Virus record (IMG/VR): IMGVR_UViG_3300033508_000214
Coordinates: 32,022-96,021 of that record
Reading direction: 5' to 3' (one strand)
Source of the DNA: a virus
Length of the DNA: 64,000 bases
Under the pieces are notes generated by a model. It was not told the origin of the DNA, did no database searches, and saw only the letters and a list, made by a program, of their open reading frames with translations. Positions 49,341 through 60,099 of the stretch are shown here, one piece after another. Each line of letters opens with the position of its first letter. Position 1 is the first letter of the stretch. A program made the translations under genes and the position numbers.

Positions 49341-50711
49341 ATGGACGTATCTGCTGTTCTAATTAATAAGCTTTTAGTAGAAGGTAGTTTGGACGTATGG
49401 GCTAAACTAAAGCTATCGTTTTTAGATGCGGCATACTCGTCTGTCTATACTCTAATAAGCAAACACTATGATAAGTATAGTGTATTACCCTCATTTGACG
49501 AATTAGAAGTAACCTCTAGAGATACATCTGCTGAAAGACTAATAGCGTCAATTAGACTAGCAGATCAAGCAGATATTACTGCGGAAGTAGCTTTAGACGC
49601 ATTAATTGACTTATACACACAAAATACTACAATAACTTTATTAGATAAGTTTATTGATAAGCTACCACTTTATGATACAGCAGAAATTAAAGAAAATCTT
49701 AGTAGTATAGTATTTACCCTAGATGAGAAAACTTTAACTACTGAGGGGGTCTATTCCATGAATGAAATCATGGTATTCGTAGAACCTGATGAGATTGCTA
49801 AAAATACTGTGTACCTTGGCCTCAATAATACTTTTGATTCGATTGTGCATTGCGCTAGACAAGAGCTAGTACTAATTGGTGGTAAGCGTGGTTCTGGTAA
49901 ATCACTTATTAGTAGTAATATTATGATTAACCAGTATGAAGCTGGTAATACTAGTGTGTACTTTACAATTGAGATGGTGGCTAGAGAAACTCTTCAGCGT
50001 AATATGAGTATTCTAGCTAACGTAAATCATCAGCATTTAAAGAATGATACACTAGAAGACGGTGAACTATTAAGTGTAGTTAGAGCACGTGCAGCAATGT
50101 TCGAAGACTCTAGTGATCTAGTGAATGAATTTATTAAAGATAGGGATAGATTCAGGTTTGAGAAAGCTCTAGTTAAGCACTGTAGGCTGAAACCTACAAA
50201 TCAAATGATTATCATTGATGATAGAGCACTTACCCTAAGTTCATTAGACCTACACCTTGGAAAAGTAAAAGCAAAGTTTGGGGATGATTTTACTGTAGCA
50301 GTAGTAGACTACTTGAATCAGATCGTTGTAGATGGAGGTAGTCAGTTTGATTGGCAACCACAAATTGTAGTTTCTAAGAAGTTAAAAGAGATGGCTAGAA
50401 AACATGATGTACTAATGGTATCTCCTTATCAGATTGATGAAAGTGGTGAAGCTAGGTTTGCTAAAGGTATTCTTGATGCTGCTGACATTGCACTTGTGTT
50501 AGATGCTAATGCTAAGGAAGATGAAGCTATTAGTTTTGAGACTACTAAGATTCGTGGAGCTAAAGAAATGAAGTTTAGTAGTGGTATGAACTGGGATACT
50601 TTACGTATCAGTCCACAATCAGTAGAAAAGCCTGCTGCTAAAGAAAAGAAGAAAACTAAGAAAGAAAAAGAATCGACTGGGGAAAATCCTGTTGACGCAC
50701 CTTGGAACTAA
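49341..50711 (+). CDS. Replicative DnaB-like helicase (T5 D6-like)
   Basis: GGKRGSGKS, FTIEM, VDYLNQ, PYQID. Confidence 0.92.
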   Translation: MDVSAVLINKLLVEGSLDVWAKLKLSFLDAAYSSVYTLISKHYDKYSVLPSFDELEVTSRDTSAERLIASIRLADQADITAEVALDALIDLYTQNTTITLLDKFIDKLPLYDTAEIKENLSSIVFTLDEKTLTTEGVYSMNEIMVFVEPDEIAKNTVYLGLNNTFDSIVHCARQELVLIGGKRGSGKSLISSNIMINQYEAGNTSVYFTIEMVARETLQRNMSILANVNHQHLKNDTLEDGELLSVVRARAAMFEDSSDLVNEFIKDRDRFRFEKALVKHCRLKPTNQMIIIDDRALTLSSLDLHLGKVKAKFGDDFTVAVVDYLNQIVVDGGSQFDWQPQIVVSKKLKEMARKHDVLMVSPYQIDESGEARFAKGILDAADIALVLDANAKEDEAISFETTKIRGAKEMKFSSGMNWDTLRISPQSVEKPAAKEKKKTKKEKESTGENPVDAPWN

Positions 50712-51167
50712 AAATGAGCACAATTACCTTTGATAGATCGATTATTACCGCTGACTACCAGATATGGGTTAAAAATACTCCTTATATGGAGTTAGAGTGG
50801 GAAGGCAATTCACTATTGTTAGCAGTTATTAACCTATTAGTCGCTAAGATTAAGCATCCTGCAAGATACATTAAATTGGAGTGTAGATGAAAGTTTATAT
50901 TACCCGATCACCTTGGTCAGATTGCTTTGAAGTTCGTCTAGCAAAAGAGTCCAGTAAAAAACTATTAGTATGTGAAGCTATAAGCTATGTTGACCTTAGG
51001 CCTGGAGAAATACATTCACCTACTATGATTCTAGAAAGAGAAGAAGCACAGGTATTAATTAATGCCTTGTACGATGCAGGGCTTAGGCCAAGCCAAGCCG
51101 CAGGCTCTGCCGGGCAACTTAGTGCTACACTTTACCACTTAGAAGATATGAGAAAATTGGTGTTTAA

Positions 51168-52025
51168 ATGAATGATAACAGCATAGTAGAACAATTATTA
51201 ATAGATCATGGTATCGCATACAAGATTTCTGGGAAGGATTTTGTTACTACTTGTTTCAATCCAGAGCATATCGATAATAATCCTAGCTTTAGAATTAATA
51301 GATTTACAGGTATCGCACACTGCTTTTCTTGCAGCTATAAAACTAATATATTCAAGTATTATAATGTAAGTAGTAAATATCATTCTGTACGAGTAGCTAA
51401 GCTTAAAGAAAAGCTACGTATTCTTAATGAGAGTACTAATGGGCTTAACGTATTAGAGGGTACAATTCCGTTCAATGGAGTACATAGAGGTATTAGTTCA
51501 CAAACTCTAAAAGAGTTTGGCGCATTTAAAACCACTAAAGTATCCGAAATGGAAGATAGAATTATTTTTCCTATTACCGATGTTAGGGACAAAGTAACAG
51601 CGTATGTAGGTAGACATATACTTCCAAATGCTGAACCTAGGTACAAAACCTATCCTAGTGGTTGCACCTTACAACTTTATCCTAGTAAATTTACAGAAAG
51701 ATACAACTCCATTGTATTAGTAGAAGGCATTTTCGATTTACTGAATGTATGGGATAAAGGACTAAAGAATGTAGTATGTACGTTTGGCACTGATGGATTA
51801 TATAATAATACTGCGGAAAAGCTACTTCCTTATAAGATTGTAGGTATTACTAAAGTATTTATTATGTATGATGCCGATGAGCCAGGACAAAAAGCTGCTG
51901 AGAAACTAAAGCCACTAATTGAAGAAGCAGGCTTTATCGTAGAAATAATTAACTTACCGGATGGAACTGATCCTGGCAACCTATGCCAAGAAGATGTTAA
52001 CGGTACTATAGAGTACACTAAATGA
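51168..52025 (+). CDS. DNA primase
   Basis: C..PEH.D..PS..HCFSC zinc finger; LVEG.FD and YDAD TOPRIM motifs. Confidence 0.92.
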   Translation: MNDNSIVEQLLIDHGIAYKISGKDFVTTCFNPEHIDNNPSFRINRFTGIAHCFSCSYKTNIFKYYNVSSKYHSVRVAKLKEKLRILNESTNGLNVLEGTIPFNGVHRGISSQTLKEFGAFKTTKVSEMEDRIIFPITDVRDKVTAYVGRHILPNAEPRYKTYPSGCTLQLYPSKFTERYNSIVLVEGIFDLLNVWDKGLKNVVCTFGTDGLYNNTAEKLLPYKIVGITKVFIMYDADEPGQKAAEKLKPLIEEAGFIVEIINLPDGTDPGNLCQEDVNGTIEYTK

Positions 52026-55000
52026 CTAAAGTCGCAATTGTAGATAAGACTCCTAGTAAAAACAACTATTCTAAATACTTCGAGTTTGAGCACGAGGTAT
52101 TTCATATGTCAAGTGCTCCTATTACTAAGCTACTAAAAAAGAATGTAGACTTAGAGTTCGATCATACTGAATTTGATTATGTAATCCTAGTGGGTAGTGA
52201 GGCTGCCAAAGAATACGCTAAAGTTACTAGTATTACTAATATGATGGGACATTTAATTGAAGATAAGTTTATATGTATAAGTAATCCTCTGGCTTTAGTA
52301 TTCAAACCAGAGGGGAAACCTGCATTTGAACAAGCTGTACGTAAGATTCATAAGTACATTAGCGGAGAAGCAAAAAGTACTTCTAATGATGGTACTTATC
52401 GTGGTATTATAAATACAGCAGAGGCGTTAAAGTTTCTTACTGAAGTTTACGATAATGCTCAAGGTTACGTTGCATGGGATACGGAAACAACCTGTCTCTA
52501 CCCTAGGGATGGGTATGTTTTAGGGCTGTCCATGTCTTACAAATCTAAACATGGTGCCTACATTAGTACAGATTGTTTAGATGAAGTTTGTATGGAAGTA
52601 TTACGGAATATCATTAAAAAGTATACCGCAGTATTTCATAATATGAAGTTCGATATTAAAATGATCGAGTACCATCTAGAACTTAAGTTTGATAGAAGCA
52701 AAGTGCATGATACTATGGTTATGCATTATTGCCTAGATGAAAATGACCAACATGGTCTAAAACCTCTAGCCCTAAAGTACACTGATTATGGTGACTATGA
52801 CAAAGAACTAGATGAGTTTAAAAAATCATACTGTTTAAAACACGGTATGTTACAGGAGGATTTTACTTATGACCTTATACCATTTGATACTATTAGCCGC
52901 TATGCTGCCATTGATACAGCAGTTACTTACGATTTATTTAATAAGTTCTGGCCGGTAATACAAAAGAATAATAAGCTGCTTTCTGTTTATAATACCCTTC
53001 TAGTTCCTGGTACATTGTTTCTACTAGATATGGAAGAAGTAGGTGTATATGTAGATAAAGAACGCATGCAGGCAGCTGAAATATATCTAGATACAGAAAT
53101 TGAAAATGCTAGAGAGCAGGTTTATGGTTTTAAAGAAGTACAGGAGTTTCAAAAAGCAAATGGCGCAGTATTTAATCCAAACTCCGTGCAGCAATTACGT
53201 AAAGTCTTGTTTGACTATGTTGGACTTACTCCAACAGGAAAAACAACGGCTACTGGTGCAATCTCAACAGATGCGGAAGTACTTGAAACCCTTAGCGAAG
53301 AACATCCCTTACCAGCAGCTATCCTTAAAATTAGACAACTAACAAAACTAAAAAATACGTATATTAGTAAAATATTACCAGAACTAGATAGGGATGGGAG
53401 AATTCGTACGAATTTTAATCTTATATTTACAACTTCTGGAAGACTTTCAAGTTCTGGTAAATGTAACCTTCAACAAATACCTAGAGATGACCCTCTAATT
53501 AAAGGTTGTTTTAGCTGCCCGCCGGGGTATAAGCTTGTTAATCAGGATCTTTCTACAGCTGAGTCATACTATGCAGCTGTATTAAGTGGTGACACAAATC
53601 TTCAACAAGTTTTTATTACAAAAGGGGACTTCCACTCTACAATTGCAAAGTCAGTATTTGATCTTGATTGTGAAGTAGAGGACGTTAAGAGGTTATATAG
53701 CGGAATGAGACAAAGCGCTAAAGCCATTACATTTGGGATTAACCTATAAAGGTCCCACTAGTAGGTGACTACTAGAACAAATAACTCGCTCAATTGCTGG
53801 AACACCTACTATTAAGTTAAGGTCAATCAGCAGCCAGAGTCGGCAGGAATGCCTTCAAATGGTTCAGAGACTCACAGAGCTTCCAGAACGGAAGTTGTCT
53901 GGGATACCAAAAAATACTCTTGACAATCTTATGGTTAAGGTGCTATAATGTACCTGTGCCGAAAGGTTTTTGGGAGAGGTATAACACGGCGAGTATCTCC
54001 CCTTTCTTACTTAAGAAAGGTCGTATGGAAATTAATTATATAAACTACCAAGAGTTAAAACCGTCTGGACTATCAAGAGCTGCAATGGCAGAAACTTTTG
54101 GTATTCCAGAATGGAAACTAAAAAAACTTATTGCGGCTAATAAATGGGGTACACCTAGACCCACTATTGGAAATGAAACCGCTTTTGATGAGTACTCAGA
54201 AGAATCTTGCTATTGGGCAGGATTCTTAGCTGCAGATGGTTGTGTAGATAGTGAAAATAGAATTAGGCTTATGCTTAAATATGATGATATAGTGCACTTA
54301 GAAAAATTTAAAGCCTTTCTAAGGTCAACACATACTATATCATCTAACACTACCACATACAATAGATGCAGTTTTGAGTTTACTCATCCACATATGCGAG
54401 ATATGCTAGAGCTAAATTTTAATGTTATTCCTAATAAAACGGATAAATTACAGTTTGCTAAGCACTTACCTAAAGAATGGTTACGTCATTATATTAGAGG
54501 ATATTTTGACGGAGACGGTTCTATATGTGAAAGTTTTACAAATAGAAACTCTTTGCGAGCTACTATTTGTAGTGGGGCAAAGGAATTTGCAGAAGATTTA
54601 TATATTTATTTAAAATCTATTTTACCTGTACACGGCCAGAAACAGGAGTTTAATGACTCTATAAAATGGCAAATAACTTTTTGTACCAACGATGCAAAAA
54701 CTCTTATGCACTATATGTATAAGGATAGTACAGTATATCTAGATAGAAAATACGCGTTGTATCAAAAACTCATATTTAATGATGATAGAAAAACGAGAGA
54801 TAAAGGTATAGTCCATCCCATTAGTAATAATGGATAATGATGTTTATATGGATCAGGGCCACAAAAGGTATCTGATACAGTAAGTAAGGCAACAGGCGAG
54901 TACTACGGAATAGACAGAGCTAAAGAAGACATTAGGTCCTATTTTAATAAATTTTCTAAATTAAAAAAATGGCTAAAAGATCAAGAGGAGTTTATCCGCG

Positions 55001-55419
55001 CTAACGGGTTCGTGTATTCTGCGCTGGGTCGTAAACGTAGACTAGTAAATGTTTTTAGCTCAGATAAAGGAATAGCCTCGCACGAAGTACGTAGTGGTAT
55101 TAATAGTTTAATCCAATCTGTAGCCAGTGATATTAATTTATTAGCCGCTATTGATACTGCTAACGAAATTAGCCAGAAAGGACTAGATGCAAAAATATGT
55201 GCACTAGTACACGACTCTATTTTAGCCATAGTAAGAGAAGATCAAGTGGAGGAATATTGTAAGATAGTAGCAAGAAATACTCAAAAAGATAGAGGAGTAA
55301 GTATTCCTGGATGCCCTGTAGGTATTGACCAAGAAGTAGGGGACGAGTATTCCTTTGGTAAGTTTGATAAGCAGTATAAACTTGAAAATGGTGTGCTTAC
55401 AAAAAATGAACAGCAATGA
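52022..55419 (+). CDS. Family A DNA polymerase, join(52022..53739,54843..55419), 764 aa spliced
   Basis: WDTETT, HNMKFD exonuclease; TTSGRLSS, DLS.AE; splicing restores AKAITFGI-LYGSG; LVHDS in exon 2. Confidence 0.93.
53740..54842 (+). mobile_element. Group I intron in the DNA polymerase gene
   Basis: P1 GGGAT/GTCCC with U.G at the splice site; P AATTGCTGGAAC, Q AATCAGCAGC, R GTTCAGAGACT, S AAGGTATAGTCC; terminal G 54842; P10 TATAAA/TTTATA. Confidence 0.92.
54025..54837 (+). CDS. Intron-encoded LAGLIDADG homing endonuclease
   Basis: YWAGFLAADG and YIRGYFDGDG; AAGG SD; internal promoter TTGACA-N18-TATAAT 53920-53949. Confidence 0.9.
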   Translation: MEINYINYQELKPSGLSRAAMAETFGIPEWKLKKLIAANKWGTPRPTIGNETAFDEYSEESCYWAGFLAADGCVDSENRIRLMLKYDDIVHLEKFKAFLRSTHTISSNTTTYNRCSFEFTHPHMRDMLELNFNVIPNKTDKLQFAKHLPKEWLRHYIRGYFDGDGSICESFTNRNSLRATICSGAKEFAEDLYIYLKSILPVHGQKQEFNDSIKWQITFCTNDAKTLMHYMYKDSTVYLDRKYALYQKLIFNDDRKTRDKGIVHPISNNG

Positions 55420-55942
55420 CCTACAAAACATTGTATATCCAATATACAAGTTACCAGCAAAGCCGCTAGTTGATGAAGGAGTAACCTTCTACTATGGTGA
55501 AACAGAAGTAGAAGGTGAACCTAATAAACAACATCTAAAGATACTAGATGATAAGAATGTGGAAGGTACCTCACTAGCTAGTAGGAGATTGAAACTATTA
55601 GCTAGTGCTACACCTTTATTTAGGTTATCTAAAGCTATATTCTTTCTAGGCGATCTAATAAAAGAAGCTACTTCTAGTACTTATTTTATAGACGCTAATG
55701 GAATGATATTTAACTACGTTAAGACAACTACAGCTAAGCTAAAGTTTCATAAAATAAACAAAGTTCTACAGATTCCTACAGGTGGTGCAATTATTGAAGT
55801 GTTAGGGATACCTAATAGGTTCAAAGTAATTAACTATCCTACACCTGAAACTAAATGTGCAGGCGTACTACACATTGGAATTTCAACAATACTATATGGT
55901 TTATATGAGTATATACCAGAAGATACAGTGAGACGCGTATAA
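55406..55942 (+). CDS. Conserved T5-like hypothetical protein
   Basis: Synteny between polymerase and D10; YPIYKL..LDDKN. Confidence 0.75.
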   Translation: MNSNDLQNIVYPIYKLPAKPLVDEGVTFYYGETEVEGEPNKQHLKILDDKNVEGTSLASRRLKLLASATPLFRLSKAIFFLGDLIKEATSSTYFIDANGMIFNYVKTTTAKLKFHKINKVLQIPTGGAIIEVLGIPNRFKVINYPTPETKCAGVLHIGISTILYGLYEYIPEDTVRRV

Positions 55943-57231
55943 TGCCTAAAGCAATTCTTAGTAATCGAATATACTTAGACACTACTTCAAGCCTATTAGA
56001 AGAACTAAAGTCAAAGCTAACATATAAAATTAAGAAACCTTCTAGACCAGGGATGACAATCTTTACGCAGTTTGATATTATTAAGAACTATAAGCTTCTA
56101 CCTAAAGGTGTAATTGCTATACCTATTGGTAGAATGGACTTGATTCCAAAAGGTTACGAAATAGTAGATAGGCGTATCAATGAAGATATGCCCTTTCCTG
56201 AACCTAAACTACAGCTTAGAGGACAACAGCTAGAAATTTATAATGAAGTAGATGAGTCTTGCTTCATTAACGCTATGGTGGGATTTGGTAAAACCTTTCT
56301 AGCATTACATCTTGCTAGAAAACTAGGCCAGAAGACTTTAGTAGTATGTCATAATACTATGCTTAGAGATCAATGGATCGAGGAAGTGAAAAAGCTGTAT
56401 GGGATGGATTGTGGCGTTATTGGTAGTGGCAAGTTTGATACCGATCATGTTATCGTTGTCGGAAACATTCAAACACTTATCAAAGAATTACCCAGTATAA
56501 ACAAGGAGTTTGGCACTGTAGTGGTGGACGAGTGTCATCATATAGTAAGTACTACCTTTACTTCCTTCATAGAGGGAATGTACGCTAGGTACAAGATAGG
56601 TTTATCAGGTACTATGGTTAGAAAAGATGGTAAACACATTCTTTTCAAAGATTTCTTTGGATTTGATCTATACCAACCTATTCAAGAAAATACTATGACA
56701 CCTACAGTTAGAGTGCTAAAGACTAACTATGGGTTATCAGAAGGAGATCCTTGGGCAGTAAAGATTAATAAGCTACTATACGACCCAGACTACCAAGAAT
56801 TAATTGCAATCATAGCAGCTAAAGAGATTGCTGCTGGTCACAAAGTTCTAATTATTGCAGATCGAGTTGAATTTTTACAAAAAGTAGGAGAACTAATTGG
56901 TCAAGAATGTGTGTGCATTGTTGGTGAAACAACCTTCGAACAACGTAACGAACTCAAAAGACAAATTGAAGACGGTGAAAAGAGCTGCATTGCTGGCTCC
57001 CGCCAAATCTTCTCAGAAGGTATCTCAGTAAATATTCTTAGCTGTGTTATTCTCGCTTCGCCAATCGCCAATGATTCTCTATTAGAGCAGATTATTGGTC
57101 GTATTATGCGTATGCATTCTAACAAGCTAGATCCACTAGTAATTGATATGAACTTTAGTAGCCCTAGTGATAAAAGACAGAACCGTATGAGACGGGATTT
57201 TTACATTAAGAAAGGTTGGGATATTGAGTAA
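55942..57231 (+). CDS. D10: SF2 helicase D10
   Basis: GFGKT, DECH, SGT, QIIGR. Confidence 0.92.
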   Translation: MPKAILSNRIYLDTTSSLLEELKSKLTYKIKKPSRPGMTIFTQFDIIKNYKLLPKGVIAIPIGRMDLIPKGYEIVDRRINEDMPFPEPKLQLRGQQLEIYNEVDESCFINAMVGFGKTFLALHLARKLGQKTLVVCHNTMLRDQWIEEVKKLYGMDCGVIGSGKFDTDHVIVVGNIQTLIKELPSINKEFGTVVVDECHHIVSTTFTSFIEGMYARYKIGLSGTMVRKDGKHILFKDFFGFDLYQPIQENTMTPTVRVLKTNYGLSEGDPWAVKINKLLYDPDYQELIAIIAAKEIAAGHKVLIIADRVEFLQKVGELIGQECVCIVGETTFEQRNELKRQIEDGEKSCIAGSRQIFSEGISVNILSCVILASPIANDSLLEQIIGRIMRMHSNKLDPLVIDMNFSSPSDKRQNRMRRDFYIKKGWDIE

Positions 57232-57316
57232 GCATTCATATAAATAGGTTATAAATTTTACACTTGACTCTACCTTACAATAGTGTTATAATATATATTG
57301 AAACGAGGCGATTACA

Positions 57317-57697
57317 ATGTTATTTTTTGATATAAACAAACTAGAGGAGTTAGCGTCATGTAGTGAACATTTTATGGCTTTACTAGTCCATCACTATAAT
57401 AAAAAGACAATTCCGAGCAAATGGGATAAGTACCCTCCTGCTAAAAGAACTATCCACGGTAGCTCTTTTCTATTAAATCCTTTACCCTTATTTGAGGATA
57501 AAGGAACCGACATACTATTTAAACTACAGTATATAAAATTGGCTGCTAAAAGAGACTGGCTTATGTATAAAATGTATAAGTACAAAGCTCTTAACACATC
57601 CTTTTTTCCCGACTTAAATTATGATGCAATCAAGCATAATAATTTATTGAAAATCACACCAACAGAAGTACAATTTAAGTACGAAGAAAGAATTTAA
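57317..57697 (+). CDS. Conserved T5-like hypothetical protein
   Basis: MLFFD..GSSFLLNP; synteny. Confidence 0.7.
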   Translation: MLFFDINKLEELASCSEHFMALLVHHYNKKTIPSKWDKYPPAKRTIHGSSFLLNPLPLFEDKGTDILFKLQYIKLAAKRDWLMYKMYKYKALNTSFFPDLNYDAIKHNNLLKITPTEVQFKYEERI

Positions 57698-57698
57698 T

Positions 57699-58358
57699 AT
57701 GGCTCTTACATTCAAGAACACCAAAGGCAAAGCTCAAAAATCTAGCCACGAAGCATACACTTACAAAGACGGTGAGAATACCGTTCGTATTGTTGGGGGT
57801 ATTCTTCCGCGTTATGTATATTGGGTTAAAGGCACTAATGCTAAGCAAATTCCGGTGGAATGCCTTGCATTCTCAAGGGAAGATGAAAAGTTCAATAACG
57901 CTGAACATGACTGCGTACAGGGATACTACCCAGAGCTAAAGTGCTCATGGTCTTATGCTTGTAACTGTATTGCTACAGTTGATGGAGTTAAGAAGGTTGT
58001 TGTTCTTAACCTGAAAAAGAAATTGTGGGAACAGATTGTTTCTGCTGCAGATGACCTGGGCCTTGACCCTACAGATTATGACGAGGGCTTTGACTTGGTA
58101 TTTAAGCGTGCTAAAACTGGCCCACTGGCATTTAATGTGGAGTATACCCTTAGTCAGTTGAAGTTGAAAAAGCGTGCTCTTACTGCAGAAGAACGTACAA
58201 TTGCAGATGCTGCAATTACTATTGATGCTAAAATGCCGCGCCCTACAGCAGATGATGTTAAGAAGCTTATGGAACGTCTGAAGAAAGGCGAAGATGAGGA
58301 CTCTACCGGAGGAGATGAAGTTGGTATTGATAAAGAGGCTGTGAACGATTTAGGGTAA
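57699..58358 (+). CDS. D11: D11 ssDNA-binding protein
   Basis: GENTVRIVGG.LPRY.YW..KTGPL.FNVEY; acidic tail. Confidence 0.88.
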   Translation: MALTFKNTKGKAQKSSHEAYTYKDGENTVRIVGGILPRYVYWVKGTNAKQIPVECLAFSREDEKFNNAEHDCVQGYYPELKCSWSYACNCIATVDGVKKVVVLNLKKKLWEQIVSAADDLGLDPTDYDEGFDLVFKRAKTGPLAFNVEYTLSQLKLKKRALTAEERTIADAAITIDAKMPRPTADDVKKLMERLKKGEDEDSTGGDEVGIDKEAVNDLG

Positions 58359-58401
58359 TAAATTTGCCGCTTGAGGTTATACTTCAAGCGGCTTCGTTCT
58401 T

Positions 58402-59382
58402 ATGAAAATACTATTCTCAGCAGATATACATATTAAGCTGACTCAAAAGGGCGTACCTTCTGATTGGGCTAAAAATAGGTATAGATTATTTATTGAGCAA
58501 CTTGCTCAACAATCAGTAGATGCAGACTTACTAGTTATTGGCGGGGATATTTTCGATAAACTTCCTAACATGGAAGAGCTAGAAATATTCTATGAATTAG
58601 TAAGTAGTTGCTCTCTGAAAACACTGATATATCCGGGTAATCACGAAAGCCTAAAGAAGGATACTACCTTTCTAACATATTTGAAAAAGGTTACTAGTAT
58701 TATTAATCCACTAGTAAGTATTCTCGATGACTATACTACGTACTGTACTCCTGACGATAACTTATCACCTATCTTTGATATTATACCATATAACAAGCTC
58801 AAAGAATTCGAAAAGCTAGGTAACGATAAACTAAAAGCTCCGTTGCTATTTACTCATTGTAGAGGTGCTATTGAACCATTTGTTAAACCAGAGGTTGATC
58901 TTAGTATATTTGATCGTTGGCAAACCGTACTAGCCGGAGATTTACATAGCTATGAGAATTCGCAGAGAAACATACTTTATCCTGGTTCTCCTCTTACTAC
59001 TAGCTTCCACAGGAATAGTGTGGACACGGGCGTTATCCTTTTTGATACTGATACTCATATCCATGAGTTTATCAAACTAAAACTACCACAGCTTATTCGT
59101 AAGACAATTAAAGCAGGCGACCCTATGCTGCCCACTAGTTATGACCATACAGTTTACGAAGTTGAGGGAACAATGTCAGAACTAGGTTCTGTAGAAGATA
59201 GTGAGCTTATTGATAAAAAGATTGCTAAAAGGGATAGTGACACAGCTCTTATTCTAGACCCTAGTATGTCACTACAGGAAGAAGTAAAAGAATATTTAGA
59301 ATATGTATTAGGCATAGACGCTATTAAAATAGACTCATTACTAAATGTACTAAATAATAATATGAGTAAGATAAATGATTAA
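58402..59382 (+). CDS. D12: D12 SbcD/Mre11-like nuclease
   Basis: ADIHIKL, GGDIFD, GNHE, GDLH, YPGSP. Confidence 0.92.
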   Translation: MKILFSADIHIKLTQKGVPSDWAKNRYRLFIEQLAQQSVDADLLVIGGDIFDKLPNMEELEIFYELVSSCSLKTLIYPGNHESLKKDTTFLTYLKKVTSIINPLVSILDDYTTYCTPDDNLSPIFDIIPYNKLKEFEKLGNDKLKAPLLFTHCRGAIEPFVKPEVDLSIFDRWQTVLAGDLHSYENSQRNILYPGSPLTTSFHRNSVDTGVILFDTDTHIHEFIKLKLPQLIRKTIKAGDPMLPTSYDHTVYEVEGTMSELGSVEDSELIDKKIAKRDSDTALILDPSMSLQEEVKEYLEYVLGIDAIKIDSLLNVLNNNMSKIND

Positions 59383-60099
59383 GAAAATACCAGGTATTTA
59401 TCTATTATACTTCAGTAATACTGAATTAGTATATGTAGGCCAATCAGTAGATATAGAAAAAAGGTATAGAGAACATATACGTTTACTAAATGCTGGAAAA
59501 CATACAAAAAACTGCTAGATGCGTATAATAGCTTTGGCGAACCAGAAATATCTATATTATGTGAATGTAGTAAAGAACTATTAAATACATATGAAAATAT
59601 ATACATAAAATACTATAATAGCTACGAACAAGGGCTTAATACTTTAGAGACTGCTGAGGAAATACCAAAACCTGATAATAAAGGAACTAATCACGGTATG
59701 TCTAAATATACTAAAGAACAGATAGTTATGGTATTAAACCTACTAATTAAGATACCTATTATTAGGTTTAAAGATATATCAGAGTATACAAAAGTTTCTC
59801 AGTCAGTAATAGGAAATATTGCTGCATTAAATGAACATATATGGTTAAAAGATCTATATCAATTAGAGTATGAAAAATTAACCCTATTAAAGGGTAGTAG
59901 AAATCTAAATATAGAGGTTAATACAGCCGAATTAAAAGGTATTAAGTACCCTAGTGTAGTATCTCCTGAAGGAGTAGTACACACTAATATTACTAATGTT
60001 TCTAAATTTATGCGTAATAATAACATTTCTAGTCGTAGATTTTATGGATTATTGAATGGTAAAGAAACAAAGATAATGGGGTGGACTAGGTATGATTAA
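59375..60099 (+). pseudogene. GIY-YIG endonuclease split by a -1 frameshift
   Basis: MIKKIPGIY..YVGQS in one frame stops after ACA AAA AAC TGC TAG; the -1 frame continues LLDAYNSFG..ILCECS into the 59698 ORF. Confidence 0.82.
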
